From: a virus
Taxonomy: Duplodnaviria; Caudoviricetes
DNA: 32,911 bases
Virus record (IMG/VR): IMGVR_UViG_3300027367_000005
Location: 1-32,911 of that record
Direction: 5' to 3' (one strand)
The translations under genes were made by a program, and so were the position numbers. Shown piece after piece: positions 9,223 to 17,932 of the stretch. Numbering within the stretch: position 1 is the first letter of the stretch; each line of letters starts with the position of its first letter. The notes beneath the pieces are model-generated. The model was not told the DNA's origin. It ran no database searches and saw only the letters and a program-made list of their open reading frames with translations.

Positions 9223-11124
9223 ATGCCTGCACTGTGGCCCAAATTTATTCCTGATCTGGCTAATACAATAATGAGTCAGCAGTTTACTAAACCAGGTGGA
9301 GCGATACTTTCATATCCACTACCAAAGGTTGGAACTGATCAAGTGCCTATATTTCCCCCATCCGGAGATTTAATAAAATCTATTGCTCCTGGAAATCCCC
9401 TCAATGGACAATTAACTACAAATCCAGCTGGAATGATAAACGCTATTAATCTTGCACCACTAAGCGGGCGTTATGATTTTGGAAAAGCAGTTGCTCAACA
9501 TTATATTGATGCAGTAAAAGGAGCCCCAAAAGCTCAAACACCATTTGGTGCGTTTCATGAAAATAACGGTCTTGCTGAATTAATCTTAAAAGAAGGTTAT
9601 GGTATTGCATTTGAAAGATTATTAAAAGAGGGAGATATACCAATGATGGATCAATATGACGAAGATGGTAATCTAACAGAAATGGGTAAAGAGTCTCATC
9701 CTGCGTACGCTGATTTCTGTCCAGATGTTGATGCTCCGCCAACTGAAGAAGAACTTGAGGAGGAACGAAAAAAGAATGCATTAGCATTTAATAAATTTGT
9801 GGATGAAAAAAAGTCTGAGTATAATTTACGTAAATTTAAGTTTTATCAATTTCCATGCCTACTAGGCACAGAGACTCAAGAAGAATTAGAGATTATCTTT
9901 GCTACTAGAATTTTATTGGGATATGAGTTTATGAATTATGCAGCAGAAAGGTGGGATTACTTTACATGGGCATGTCATTTAGGAAAAGAGAGTTATGAAC
10001 TGCGCTACAATGGAAATCAAAGATACCAAAATATTAGCCCTAGAGTTAGAACGGATATTACAAACGCAGGATATGATTGGAAGAAATTAGCTGATCAGGT
10101 TTCTAGATATGTAAAAAGTGCTTTGTTAGAGGCACATCCAGTAAATGAAAATGATGGGTATATGTTTGGCACTAATTCTGCAACAAAGAAAAGGTTTTAT
10201 AGAGGCCCTACGAAACCAATTCAATATCCTACGTTAAAGGATCGATCAGGTAAAAGTATATCTCCAGATTTTTGTCCTATTAATCAATATAAATTACAAG
10301 TACCTTATGACTTTGAGGAAGATAGCCAAAGGCCTAAGATCCTAACATCTAATGTAGTGGCAACATTTACATATTATCCCAATAAGAGAACTGGTGGCAC
10401 GCCGTATGTTGGTGATATTAATAAAGTTATATTTGGTCGAGGAAATACTGATACTCTTAGTGGAGGTGAGAATAAGTATATAAAGACTACAAGTTGGGTT
10501 AAAAACAAATATGAAGATTCTGAGTGGAAACAACATTGGATTAAAGTACCTGAAGCAAAATTAAGAGCAGCCTCTACAAAACCAGACGCTCAAGCAGAAT
10601 TCTTTAAGATAGATCCTAAACCAGAAGGTACTCTATTTAAATTTGAATTCTATAAAGCTAAATGTGCTAAAAATGCAGCAGCAGGATGTGAAGAGGATAT
10701 GTTAGCAGTTGACCATCCGTGGGAACCTAGCGGAACTACGCCTGGTGGTAAATCTTTTAGCGGAGATCCTTATATGATGATGGCAAGAGTTACAATTGCT
10801 TATTGGTATGCTTGTATTGTTAAACCATTTGGTCCAATGCCAGCAGCTCTACCAGCAATGATTAATGCTCCATTAGGAGGTCTTTATATTCCAATCTATT
10901 ATGGAAGTGCAAATAGACTTGCTAACAATTTAAGAAAGGCATGGAATACCGGTAAAGTCTTTAATAAAGTACCTATGACTCAACCGCCAGCATTTGCAAC
11001 ATCAACAGCAGTTGCAGGAGCTTATGCCCTGCATCTACTTGAATTTAAACTCTTATATCTTGGTGGTATTCCAACGCCGGTCGGTCCAGTGCCGATGGTT
11101 GGTTTTGTACCAGTAGTATTTTAA
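9223..11124 (+). CDS. hypothetical virion-associated protein (633 aa) with Pro-rich termini
   Basis: Long ORF starting 2 nt after the spike stop; function not recognised. Confidence 0.8.
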   Translation: MPALWPKFIPDLANTIMSQQFTKPGGAILSYPLPKVGTDQVPIFPPSGDLIKSIAPGNPLNGQLTTNPAGMINAINLAPLSGRYDFGKAVAQHYIDAVKGAPKAQTPFGAFHENNGLAELILKEGYGIAFERLLKEGDIPMMDQYDEDGNLTEMGKESHPAYADFCPDVDAPPTEEELEEERKKNALAFNKFVDEKKSEYNLRKFKFYQFPCLLGTETQEELEIIFATRILLGYEFMNYAAERWDYFTWACHLGKESYELRYNGNQRYQNISPRVRTDITNAGYDWKKLADQVSRYVKSALLEAHPVNENDGYMFGTNSATKKRFYRGPTKPIQYPTLKDRSGKSISPDFCPINQYKLQVPYDFEEDSQRPKILTSNVVATFTYYPNKRTGGTPYVGDINKVIFGRGNTDTLSGGENKYIKTTSWVKNKYEDSEWKQHWIKVPEAKLRAASTKPDAQAEFFKIDPKPEGTLFKFEFYKAKCAKNAAAGCEEDMLAVDHPWEPSGTTPGGKSFSGDPYMMMARVTIAYWYACIVKPFGPMPAALPAMINAPLGGLYIPIYYGSANRLANNLRKAWNTGKVFNKVPMTQPPAFATSTAVAGAYALHLLEFKLLYLGGIPTPVGPVPMVGFVPVVF

Positions 11125-11540
11125 CCCCAGTCTTTTTCGAAGGTGTACCAATGGTCTGCACCCGCGCAGTCTCTAAGAGCATCTAATACCATATAAACCT
11201 TTTCATCCATAGTTAACATCGGTAGAATGGCTCCTACGTGCATCTCAAGCAACTCACTGTTTGGCATATACTCTGCTGTATGTCTTGCGATTCCAGTGAT
11301 AAGTCTATAAGCATTGTCCTCTACATTTGTAAACCTAGTTCCTGCATGATAGCCCAATGAAGCATCTCTGCCAGTTGCTTTACTATGTTTAATCATTTTA
11401 TCCCAAAGCCTGTCGCCGAGTAGGTCTCTAACGTCTTGGCAAATTTCTTGAATTGCGTCTTTGTGTTTAAGAACGGCTTGGTAGCCATGGCCACCAACAC
11501 CGTTACATTCTATATTTTTATAGTTAAATTGATCTTTCAT
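11121..11540 (-). CDS. hypothetical protein (139 aa), inverted cassette gene 2
   Basis: Fills a gap with no long + strand ORF; TAATG-coupled to the upstream minus gene; its stop shares TTAA (11121-11124) with the convergent + gene. Confidence 0.8.
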   Translation of the reverse strand: MKDQFNYKNIECNGVGGHGYQAVLKHKDAIQEICQDVRDLLGDRLWDKMIKHSKATGRDASLGYHAGTRFTNVEDNAYRLITGIARHTAEYMPNSELLEMHVGAILPMLTMDEKVYMVLDALRDCAGADHWYTFEKDWG

Positions 11541-12007
11541 TAGGCTACGAGTTTTATATTTTTAAATGAATCTTCTAATTTGTAAGCGTTATCGGCCCAA
11601 GTCTTAGAGCCAATTGCTTTCCAGTGACCGTGATCAGCCATCTTAGGGAATGAACTGTGAATAGTTCCAATTTCAATATTCTCAAGGATGCAATTTGCTA
11701 CCGTTACAAATTTATTAGCTTTAAGAGCTAGGGCTGTTAGGAAGGTATCAGATTTAAGAGACTTGATCTCAATTGTTTGAAGAGCATTCTTTTGGTATCT
11801 ATTAACCAAATTTTGAAGAGTAGATTTACCATCAGAGATAGTCATGAAACCGGCAGTACATTTAGTGATTACTCTATAATCATATTCTACATCCCATTTA
11901 AAGCCATAATCGCTAGTGTAGAATTTGTGCATTTTACCGTTAATGTTTTGCTCGATTGAGAAAGTTGTTGTTTCCATAATCTTGCAGTTGTGTTCTTTAA
12001 TATACAT
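11540..12007 (-). CDS. hypothetical protein (155 aa), inverted cassette gene 1
   Basis: Minus ORF with A-rich leader (AAAAACAAACAAAAACTATG) and upstream promoter-like element. Confidence 0.8.
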   Translation of the reverse strand: MYIKEHNCKIMETTTFSIEQNINGKMHKFYTSDYGFKWDVEYDYRVITKCTAGFMTISDGKSTLQNLVNRYQKNALQTIEIKSLKSDTFLTALALKANKFVTVANCILENIEIGTIHSSFPKMADHGHWKAIGSKTWADNAYKLEDSFKNIKLVA

Positions 12008-12034
12008 AGTTTTTGTTTGTTTTTAATTACAGTA

Positions 12035-12042
12035 CTAATATA
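12035..12042 (-). promoter_or_regulatory. candidate Bacteroidota sigma70-type -7 element (TATATTAG) for the inverted cassette; probable early promoter
   Basis: Minus strand reads TTTTCG-TATATTAG, one mismatch from TAnnTTTG, 27 nt before the ATG at 12007; the -33 TTTG is not clearly present. Confidence 0.5.
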
Positions 12043-12179
12043 CGAAAAATAATTGACATAAAAAAATTATTTGGTACTTATTTTGCAGAAAAAGCCAACT
12101 TTTTTGAGCTAGATAGATAACTTATACGAAACCCTAAAAACTAGACGAGAAGCGCATGGATAAAACGCGTGGTTGAGTA

Positions 12180-12187
12180 GATATATA
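12180..12187 (+). promoter_or_regulatory. candidate late promoter GATATATA upstream of S1 (second copy GATAGATA at 12112-12119)
   Basis: RATANATA motif 30 nt before the ATG at 12218. Confidence 0.55.
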
Positions 12188-12217
12188 ATATGTTAATACC
12201 TTTTAAATAAAAAATAA

Positions 12218-13507
12218 ATGTCAGACAAAAAAAGACGAAGAATAAACACTTCAGCCCAAGAGGCAACAACCGTAGAACTAGTAAAAGAAACAGTTCAAAC
12301 TCCAACCCAAGAAGTTACCGAAAAGAAAGAAGATGATGGTAACGACTTTTCAGAATTTTATGATGAAGCAGGGGAATTCAAATGGGAAGCTTATGAAGCA
12401 ACATGCGTAACAGCATCCCGAAAACCAAATCCACATATTAAGACACAAGACGGAGATCAAGTATTCTCTCGTGAGCCCTATGCTCAAGAGTTATACGACA
12501 TCATGAAAGGTTCTACTCAGAATATTAAACCTGAATTGTTTATAGGTGAAATACATGACGGTACAATACATGGAGTAACCGAAGAATACATTACAATAGA
12601 CATTAACTACAGAGAACTAGTTTATGTTAAAGCTAATAAAGAGTCTGATGAGGTTAGACAACTTTTACCAGGAGCAGAAACTGCAGTTTTAATTACAGAA
12701 ACTAAAGGTACATTAACTGGTACTATTACTGGTGGTGTAAAACATAAAACATTCATGGATCTTAGAGCTGCGATCGACGAAGGCAATACTGCTTGGATCG
12801 GTACAGTAAATAACATGATTGAAAATGGTGGTTATATTGTAAAAGTACAAGGCGTAGATTGCTTTATGCCAGGATCACTTGCAGGTATTAATAAATTGTC
12901 AGACTTTAGTTCTATCGTTGGAGAAGAATTATATGTTGTTCCAGTGAGTTTCTCACCAGATCGAGGCACGTTAGTAGTTTCACATAGAAAATATTTACAA
13001 GCACTAATACCAAGTTCAATTAATGAATTAAAAGAAACTCTTGATGAACCTAAACATGGTTTAGTAACAGGTACTGCAAAATACGGAGTATTTGTTGAAT
13101 TCAATAAATGTTTAACTGGTATGATCCACACAAATGAACTTGATGAAGCTACTGCAGCTAAATTTAAAGCTAGGGATATTAAACCAGGTGAACCAATTAA
13201 CTTCTTTGTAAAAGATATTATTACTAACAATAAGATTACATTAACTCAAAAAGAAAATACTTCGGTAAATCCTTGGATTAATATATCTACTAGATATTCA
13301 ATACCATCTATTGTTAAGGCTAAAATCAAGACTAAAAAAGAATATGGAGTATTTGTAAACATCGAAGACGGTGTGACAGGATTACTACATGTTAGTGAAT
13401 TGCCAGGTGATATATTAGACACTTATAGAGTTGGAGATGAGATCGAAGTACAGATTACTAGGATTGATGAAGACTCAATGAAGGTGTTTCTTAAACTACC
13501 CCAATAA
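12218..13507 (+). CDS. rpsA: phage-encoded ribosomal protein bS1 homolog with four S1/OB domains
   Basis: Four S1 repeats (GEIHDGTI..., GGYIVKVQGVDCFMPGS...VVSHRK, YGVFVEF...GMIHTNEL, YGVFVNIEDGVTGLLHVSEL...VGDEIEVQITRID); EFKWEAYE resembles the Bacteroidota S1 N-terminal DFNWDAYE motif. Confidence 0.88.
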   Translation: MSDKKRRRINTSAQEATTVELVKETVQTPTQEVTEKKEDDGNDFSEFYDEAGEFKWEAYEATCVTASRKPNPHIKTQDGDQVFSREPYAQELYDIMKGSTQNIKPELFIGEIHDGTIHGVTEEYITIDINYRELVYVKANKESDEVRQLLPGAETAVLITETKGTLTGTITGGVKHKTFMDLRAAIDEGNTAWIGTVNNMIENGGYIVKVQGVDCFMPGSLAGINKLSDFSSIVGEELYVVPVSFSPDRGTLVVSHRKYLQALIPSSINELKETLDEPKHGLVTGTAKYGVFVEFNKCLTGMIHTNELDEATAAKFKARDIKPGEPINFFVKDIITNNKITLTQKENTSVNPWINISTRYSIPSIVKAKIKTKKEYGVFVNIEDGVTGLLHVSELPGDILDTYRVGDEIEVQITRIDEDSMKVFLKLPQ

Positions 13508-13517
13508 CTATTGCCAC

Positions 13518-13554
13518 AGAGTTTGATATATATTGAAAAGTAATATCATACTCT
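13518..13554 (+). promoter_or_regulatory. RNA hairpin with GAAA tetraloop containing candidate late promoter GATATATA (13525-13532), ending 6 nt before the amidoligase ATG
   Basis: Arms AGAGTTTGATAT (13518-13529) and ATATCATACTCT (13543-13554) pair at 11 of 12 positions; inner TATT-GAAA-AGTA stem with one G.U pair and one bulged A. Confidence 0.7.
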
Positions 13555-13560
13555 TAATTA

Positions 13561-14874
13561 ATGCAAAAGTTAAAAAGTAATTCAGTAAGGCAGGAAGTAT
13601 TAGCTGCTAGCCAAATGGGCATCGAATTTGAGTTTTATTCTAATTTAGAACTAGAAGAGACTGTAAAGTCTGTATCTAAACTATTAGGCAGAAAGATTCA
13701 ATTAGAAGAAAAGGCTCATTCAGATTTCGTGCCATCCGCAGAAGTGTTTAAAATGGAACCTGATATGTCAGGTGGTGCAGGGCTAATTGAACTTGTGACA
13801 GGTCCAATGCCTTATAGAAACGCTAGACTAGTTATTGTTAAAATGTTAGGATGGATTCGTGAAAACGGCTATACATCTGATCGAGCATCTATCCACCTTA
13901 ATATGTCTTTTAATCCAGACTTCTTAGAAGATCCAAATATGATACAGCACATGGACGTGTTGAAATTCATACTTGAGTTTGACGAAGATCGTGTGTATAA
14001 GTATTTTCCAAATAGAGAAGATTCTACTTATGCGAAGTCTATTAAATGGATTATGCCTAAACATGAAGCGTTTTACTATAATGCTGATTTAATTAATAAG
14101 GACAACTTTACCTTTGCTAATACTAAGTATTATGGTATTAACTTTGAAAAGGCTCAAAGTAATTATTTAGAGTTTAGATATATTGGAGGTAAAGATTACG
14201 AAAAGAGACAAGAAGATATTTTAACTTTAGCGGATAGATTTATCTTAGCAATTTGGAGGTCTTGTAGAGATCCAAAGTTTAATTCTGCTAATAAAATAGA
14301 ATTACAACGTATTTTAAGAAAGAACGAACCCTTAATGAAAATGTTAAGGGACTATACCGCCGTAAATAAGTATTGGCCTAAGATAGATATATTAGTAGAT
14401 TTACAATCAGATCCTACGGTAATTAACGTACAGTGGGATAGATTTAAACATAAAGTATTAGAATTGTTATCAAACGGCACAATGGAAGAGGGTATTATTA
14501 ACTATGACTCAGACTATTCAACTGTCCAAGTTAAAGACGGTAAGTTTAAAACCGCATATTTGCTAGATGGTTTTGAGTTTATTGATTGTGAGCTATCAGG
14601 TAACATAGAGAATAGTGAAATATATGGTGGTAACGTAAACGGAGCACAAGTATTAAGATCACAAATATATAAAGGGTGCCAAGTTATAGATTCTAAAATA
14701 GAATCTTGTTTTGTGCACGGTAGTGTAACAGTAAAAAACTGTTTTGTCTTTGGGCGAGACGGTATTTTTAAAGGTAAAATGGAAGGTGGAATTTTTAGAG
14801 AAGGTGGGGTCGGACCTCATGTTAGATTCTCAGATGATACTGAAGTTGTGGTAAGTAAAAAAATAAAATCATAA
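13561..14874 (+). CDS. putative amidoligase (Amidoligase_2 / COOH-NH2 ligase family) fused to a C-terminal beta-helix-like repeat region
   Basis: Motifs in family order: GIEFEF, EPDMSG...IELVTGP, ASIHLNMS, KYYGINF, YLEFRYIGG; about 100 C-terminal aa of I/V-x-N/D-S/C repeats (IDCEL, IENSEI, VIDSKIESCFV, VKNCFV). Confidence 0.75.
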   Translation: MQKLKSNSVRQEVLAASQMGIEFEFYSNLELEETVKSVSKLLGRKIQLEEKAHSDFVPSAEVFKMEPDMSGGAGLIELVTGPMPYRNARLVIVKMLGWIRENGYTSDRASIHLNMSFNPDFLEDPNMIQHMDVLKFILEFDEDRVYKYFPNREDSTYAKSIKWIMPKHEAFYYNADLINKDNFTFANTKYYGINFEKAQSNYLEFRYIGGKDYEKRQEDILTLADRFILAIWRSCRDPKFNSANKIELQRILRKNEPLMKMLRDYTAVNKYWPKIDILVDLQSDPTVINVQWDRFKHKVLELLSNGTMEEGIINYDSDYSTVQVKDGKFKTAYLLDGFEFIDCELSGNIENSEIYGGNVNGAQVLRSQIYKGCQVIDSKIESCFVHGSVTVKNCFVFGRDGIFKGKMEGGIFREGGVGPHVRFSDDTEVVVSKKIKS

Positions 14875-14875
14875 A

Positions 14876-15718
14876 ATGAGTGAAATTAGAAGCGGTAATG
14901 AAAATAACTTAAACGTTGGAAGAAGTTTCAGCGATGGTTGTTTAAACGCATTTTTACAAGAGCTTGGTGATGAGCTAACTGGAGCATGTATGGTCCCAGT
15001 AAATTTACCACAGAGAGAAATATTAAATATTATTAAAAGAGCTAAGAAGTGGTTCTATAAACAATATGAAGATTCTGTACTAGAAAATTATTATCACGTG
15101 CCAAACTCGATATTTCAAACTGATTATTTTAAAAAGAATAGAACATTAAATTTACCTGGAGCAAATGTAGATGGATCTGGATCTGTATTTTCAGTATTTG
15201 GAGTACATGATATTGCATCTGGTTGGAATTCAACTGGCGGTGGATTAGATATTAGATTTCAAAGCGGTGGAGACTTTTCAGTAGAGAAGATGTTATTCAG
15301 AGGAATGTACGACGGATCTGGAGCAGCAGAATCTGCAGAAGAATTAGAATATTATGTACTAAATCAGTCTTTAGCAGATATGGCTAGACAGATTTTAGAA
15401 AACCCAATTTCTTTTCAATACTCTAGACTGACTGGAGAGTTAAAGATAATGGGAGATACTCCGAAGGGAGATCTAATACTTGATGTGTATGAAACGATTC
15501 CGGATTGTGCACTATTTGACGACGAAATCTTTTTTAGATATTGTTCTGCTAAGATTAAGCAATCACTAGGCGCTAAGCTTGGTATTTTTAAGTTTGCATT
15601 ACCTGGTAATGTGGAATTCGACTACGACGCAATAAAAGACATGGGAGACACCGAATTAGAGTCAATTATTGAGGAGATAAAGGGAGACGAAGGAGTGGAC
15701 TGGATGTTCCACTCATAA
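14876..15718 (+). CDS. neck (head completion) protein, T4 gp13-like
   Basis: IIKRAKKWFYKQYEDSV and YCSAKIKQSLG...FALPGNVEFDYDAIKDMGDTELESIIEEI match the gp13 N- and C-terminal patterns. Confidence 0.8.
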   Translation: MSEIRSGNENNLNVGRSFSDGCLNAFLQELGDELTGACMVPVNLPQREILNIIKRAKKWFYKQYEDSVLENYYHVPNSIFQTDYFKKNRTLNLPGANVDGSGSVFSVFGVHDIASGWNSTGGGLDIRFQSGGDFSVEKMLFRGMYDGSGAAESAEELEYYVLNQSLADMARQILENPISFQYSRLTGELKIMGDTPKGDLILDVYETIPDCALFDDEIFFRYCSAKIKQSLGAKLGIFKFALPGNVEFDYDAIKDMGDTELESIIEEIKGDEGVDWMFHS

Positions 15719-15725
15719 AAAGTAG

Positions 15726-15733
15726 AATACATA
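15726..15733 (+). promoter_or_regulatory. candidate late promoter AATACATA
   Basis: RATANATA motif in the 20-nt spacer before the gp25-like gene. Confidence 0.4.
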
Positions 15734-15738
15734 TATAA

Positions 15739-16095
15739 ATGGATTTTTATATAAAATACATAGGAGACCCTAATTATCAGACGGGAGTTGTTCAAAACGT
15801 AAGTGAAATTGAACAGTTACTAGCTCAGATAGAAACAGTTCTTTTCACAAGAAAGAGAGATGTTTTAGGTGCTCCAGGATTTGGTTGTAACTTAGAAGAT
15901 ATTGTATATAGTTTAGGTCAAAATGAATTTCAAATTAAAAATGAAATACAGGGCCAACTGGCAAATTTCGTACCCCTATCAGCAAAGTACAAAACTACTG
16001 TAAGCGTTAAGTTTATGAAGGGTGTAGTTAGAGATATGGCGTTTATTGATATTACTGTTAACAACGAGTACCAAATCAAAGTAAATTTAAGATAA
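15739..16095 (+). CDS. baseplate wedge subunit / sheath initiator, T4 gp25 (GPW_gp25)-like
   Basis: 118 aa; IETVLFTRKRDVLGAPGFGCNLEDIVY matches the I..lL.T.kGER...P.FG..l signature; precedes the gp6-like gene. Confidence 0.85.
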   Translation: MDFYIKYIGDPNYQTGVVQNVSEIEQLLAQIETVLFTRKRDVLGAPGFGCNLEDIVYSLGQNEFQIKNEIQGQLANFVPLSAKYKTTVSVKFMKGVVRDMAFIDITVNNEYQIKVNLR

Positions 16096-16102
16096 ATAAC
16101 TA

Positions 16103-17932
16103 ATGGCAGAACTAAAATTTTTAAGCACACTAAGAACATCGGCTGATCAAATCAAGACCGATGCTCGAACATATATCGCAAGAGTTTACAAGCGTGCGAA
16201 CACTCTATTCACTGAAGCATCTCCATTTGCTCAGATTATTTCTGTCATGGCTGAACTTGGTGAGTTAATAATGTTCTATGTAGAGGATTCTTTAGTAGAG
16301 CAAAACATATATACTGCACAACAACCAGAATCTATTTATGGTATCTCAAGATTAACAGGCCATGATGCAACAAGAGGCTTTGCAGCAACTGGTGAAGTTG
16401 AATTTAAATGGGCGATTGGATCAGATCTTGGTAAAATTGCAGGCACAGGATTAAATATTGATGCAAGATCAGAATTAAAATGTGAATTAAACGGATTAGT
16501 TTATACTCTATTAACATCACAAGATAAATTTAGACTAGAAAAGTCAAACAAGTATGCTATAAAATGTGCAGTTGTTCAGGGTAAATTTGAAAAGCAAACC
16601 TTTACTGGAACTGGAGAATCAATGCAATCATATAATATACAAACAAGTTCTTTAACAGATCATTCTAAAGTTAGCGTTTCAGTTAACGGTGAAAAGTGGA
16701 CTAAACACGATTCAATGTACGATCTATTAAATAACGAAAAGGCATATATTCTTAAGACTGGTATTTCCGGTGGGCTTGATGTTTATTTTGGAACTGGTAA
16801 CTTTGGTGCAATACCAAGCTCTGGTAATTTAATAGAGGTAGAATATATTAAGCATGCAGGTTTTCAAGGTAACTTAGACGATGCACAAGATATTATTTTT
16901 AAATGGGATGCAGAAGGAGATGATTCAAATGGAGACTCGTTTGATTTAAATGAGTATTTAGAAGTAACAGTAACCTCGTCTCCTAAAATGGGAGCTGATA
17001 AAGAATCAGTTGAGTTTACTAAGTTAATGGCACCTCTAGCGTCTAAATCATACGTTCTAGCGACTCCAGATAACTATGAGTATTTCCTATCAAGATATGG
17101 AATGTTCTCGTATGTGGACGCTTACAACACGACTGAGGACCAGTATTTAGATGATGATAATGTAATTTATATTTTCGCAATTCCAGATGCTAGAAGAAAG
17201 TTATTAGCAGATCAAGATTATTTTTCAATCCCAATAAATGAAATGTTCTTTGATCAAAATGAATACGACAAGATGTCACAAGTGATTCAGGATAGTGGTC
17301 AGCAAATGGTTACAACTGAAGTAGTATTTGTAAAACCTAAAATTAGAAAATACAGCATGGATATTAATATCAGGTATTTTGAAGGTTATACAAAACAAGA
17401 AATATTTGTTAACGTTAGAAGAGCTGTAAGTGATTATATGTTAAACATTACAAGAAGAGATAAACTACCTAAATCGGATATTGTTTACATATTAGAAACA
17501 ATCGAAGGTATTGATGCTGTTAATGTAAGATTTATATCTGAAACAGAAGAGACTGCAAGAAGGTTAGGATATTATGTGTCTACGACCGTAACAGTAGTAC
17601 CACAAGAGCCAGTAGTTTTAGAAGATATAGGTAACGGTAAACAAAAATATATTTTCTTTAAACAAATAGAAGAAGTTAAAACTGTGGATGTTGATGAAAC
17701 AACTGTTATTCCATATTCTGAAGCTGGACTAGATGAATGGGGAGATATTATTATGGATAAAGAAGAAGTTGCAGTTTTCAGAGGAGGTTGGCAAGATAGA
17801 GATGGTGATGAAATTGTTGATGATGCATTAATGAATGCCGAAGCAGCTCTTTCAATTAACTTTGATGCAACACCAGTACCTAGAACTATTTACACTAGAG
17901 TACAGGCTGGAAATAGAAAATCTATAAGATAA
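16103..17932 (+). CDS. baseplate wedge subunit, T4 gp6 / baseplate J-like
   Basis: EQNIYTAQQPESIYGISRLTGH, VYFGTGNFGAIP, GADKES...LATPDNYEYFL and IEGIDAVNV motifs; 609 aa; follows the gp25-like gene. Confidence 0.88.
   Translation: MAELKFLSTLRTSADQIKTDARTYIARVYKRANTLFTEASPFAQIISVMAELGELIMFYVEDSLVEQNIYTAQQPESIYGISRLTGHDATRGFAATGEVEFKWAIGSDLGKIAGTGLNIDARSELKCELNGLVYTLLTSQDKFRLEKSNKYAIKCAVVQGKFEKQTFTGTGESMQSYNIQTSSLTDHSKVSVSVNGEKWTKHDSMYDLLNNEKAYILKTGISGGLDVYFGTGNFGAIPSSGNLIEVEYIKHAGFQGNLDDAQDIIFKWDAEGDDSNGDSFDLNEYLEVTVTSSPKMGADKESVEFTKLMAPLASKSYVLATPDNYEYFLSRYGMFSYVDAYNTTEDQYLDDDNVIYIFAIPDARRKLLADQDYFSIPINEMFFDQNEYDKMSQVIQDSGQQMVTTEVVFVKPKIRKYSMDINIRYFEGYTKQEIFVNVRRAVSDYMLNITRRDKLPKSDIVYILETIEGIDAVNVRFISETEETARRLGYYVSTTVTVVPQEPVVLEDIGNGKQKYIFFKQIEEVKTVDVDETTVIPYSEAGLDEWGDIIMDKEEVAVFRGGWQDRDGDEIVDDALMNAEAALSINFDATPVPRTIYTRVQAGNRKSIR

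Noticed and set aside
12053-12080. + strand E. coli-type promoter TTGACA-N16-TACTTA
   Set aside because: The -10 lacks the conserved final T, and the TTGACA may simply be the complement of the minus-strand promoter region
12218-13507. Host chromosomal rpsA (contamination or prophage boundary)
   Set aside because: Only four diverged domains, no housekeeping neighbours, and flanked by phage genes and the same promoter motif
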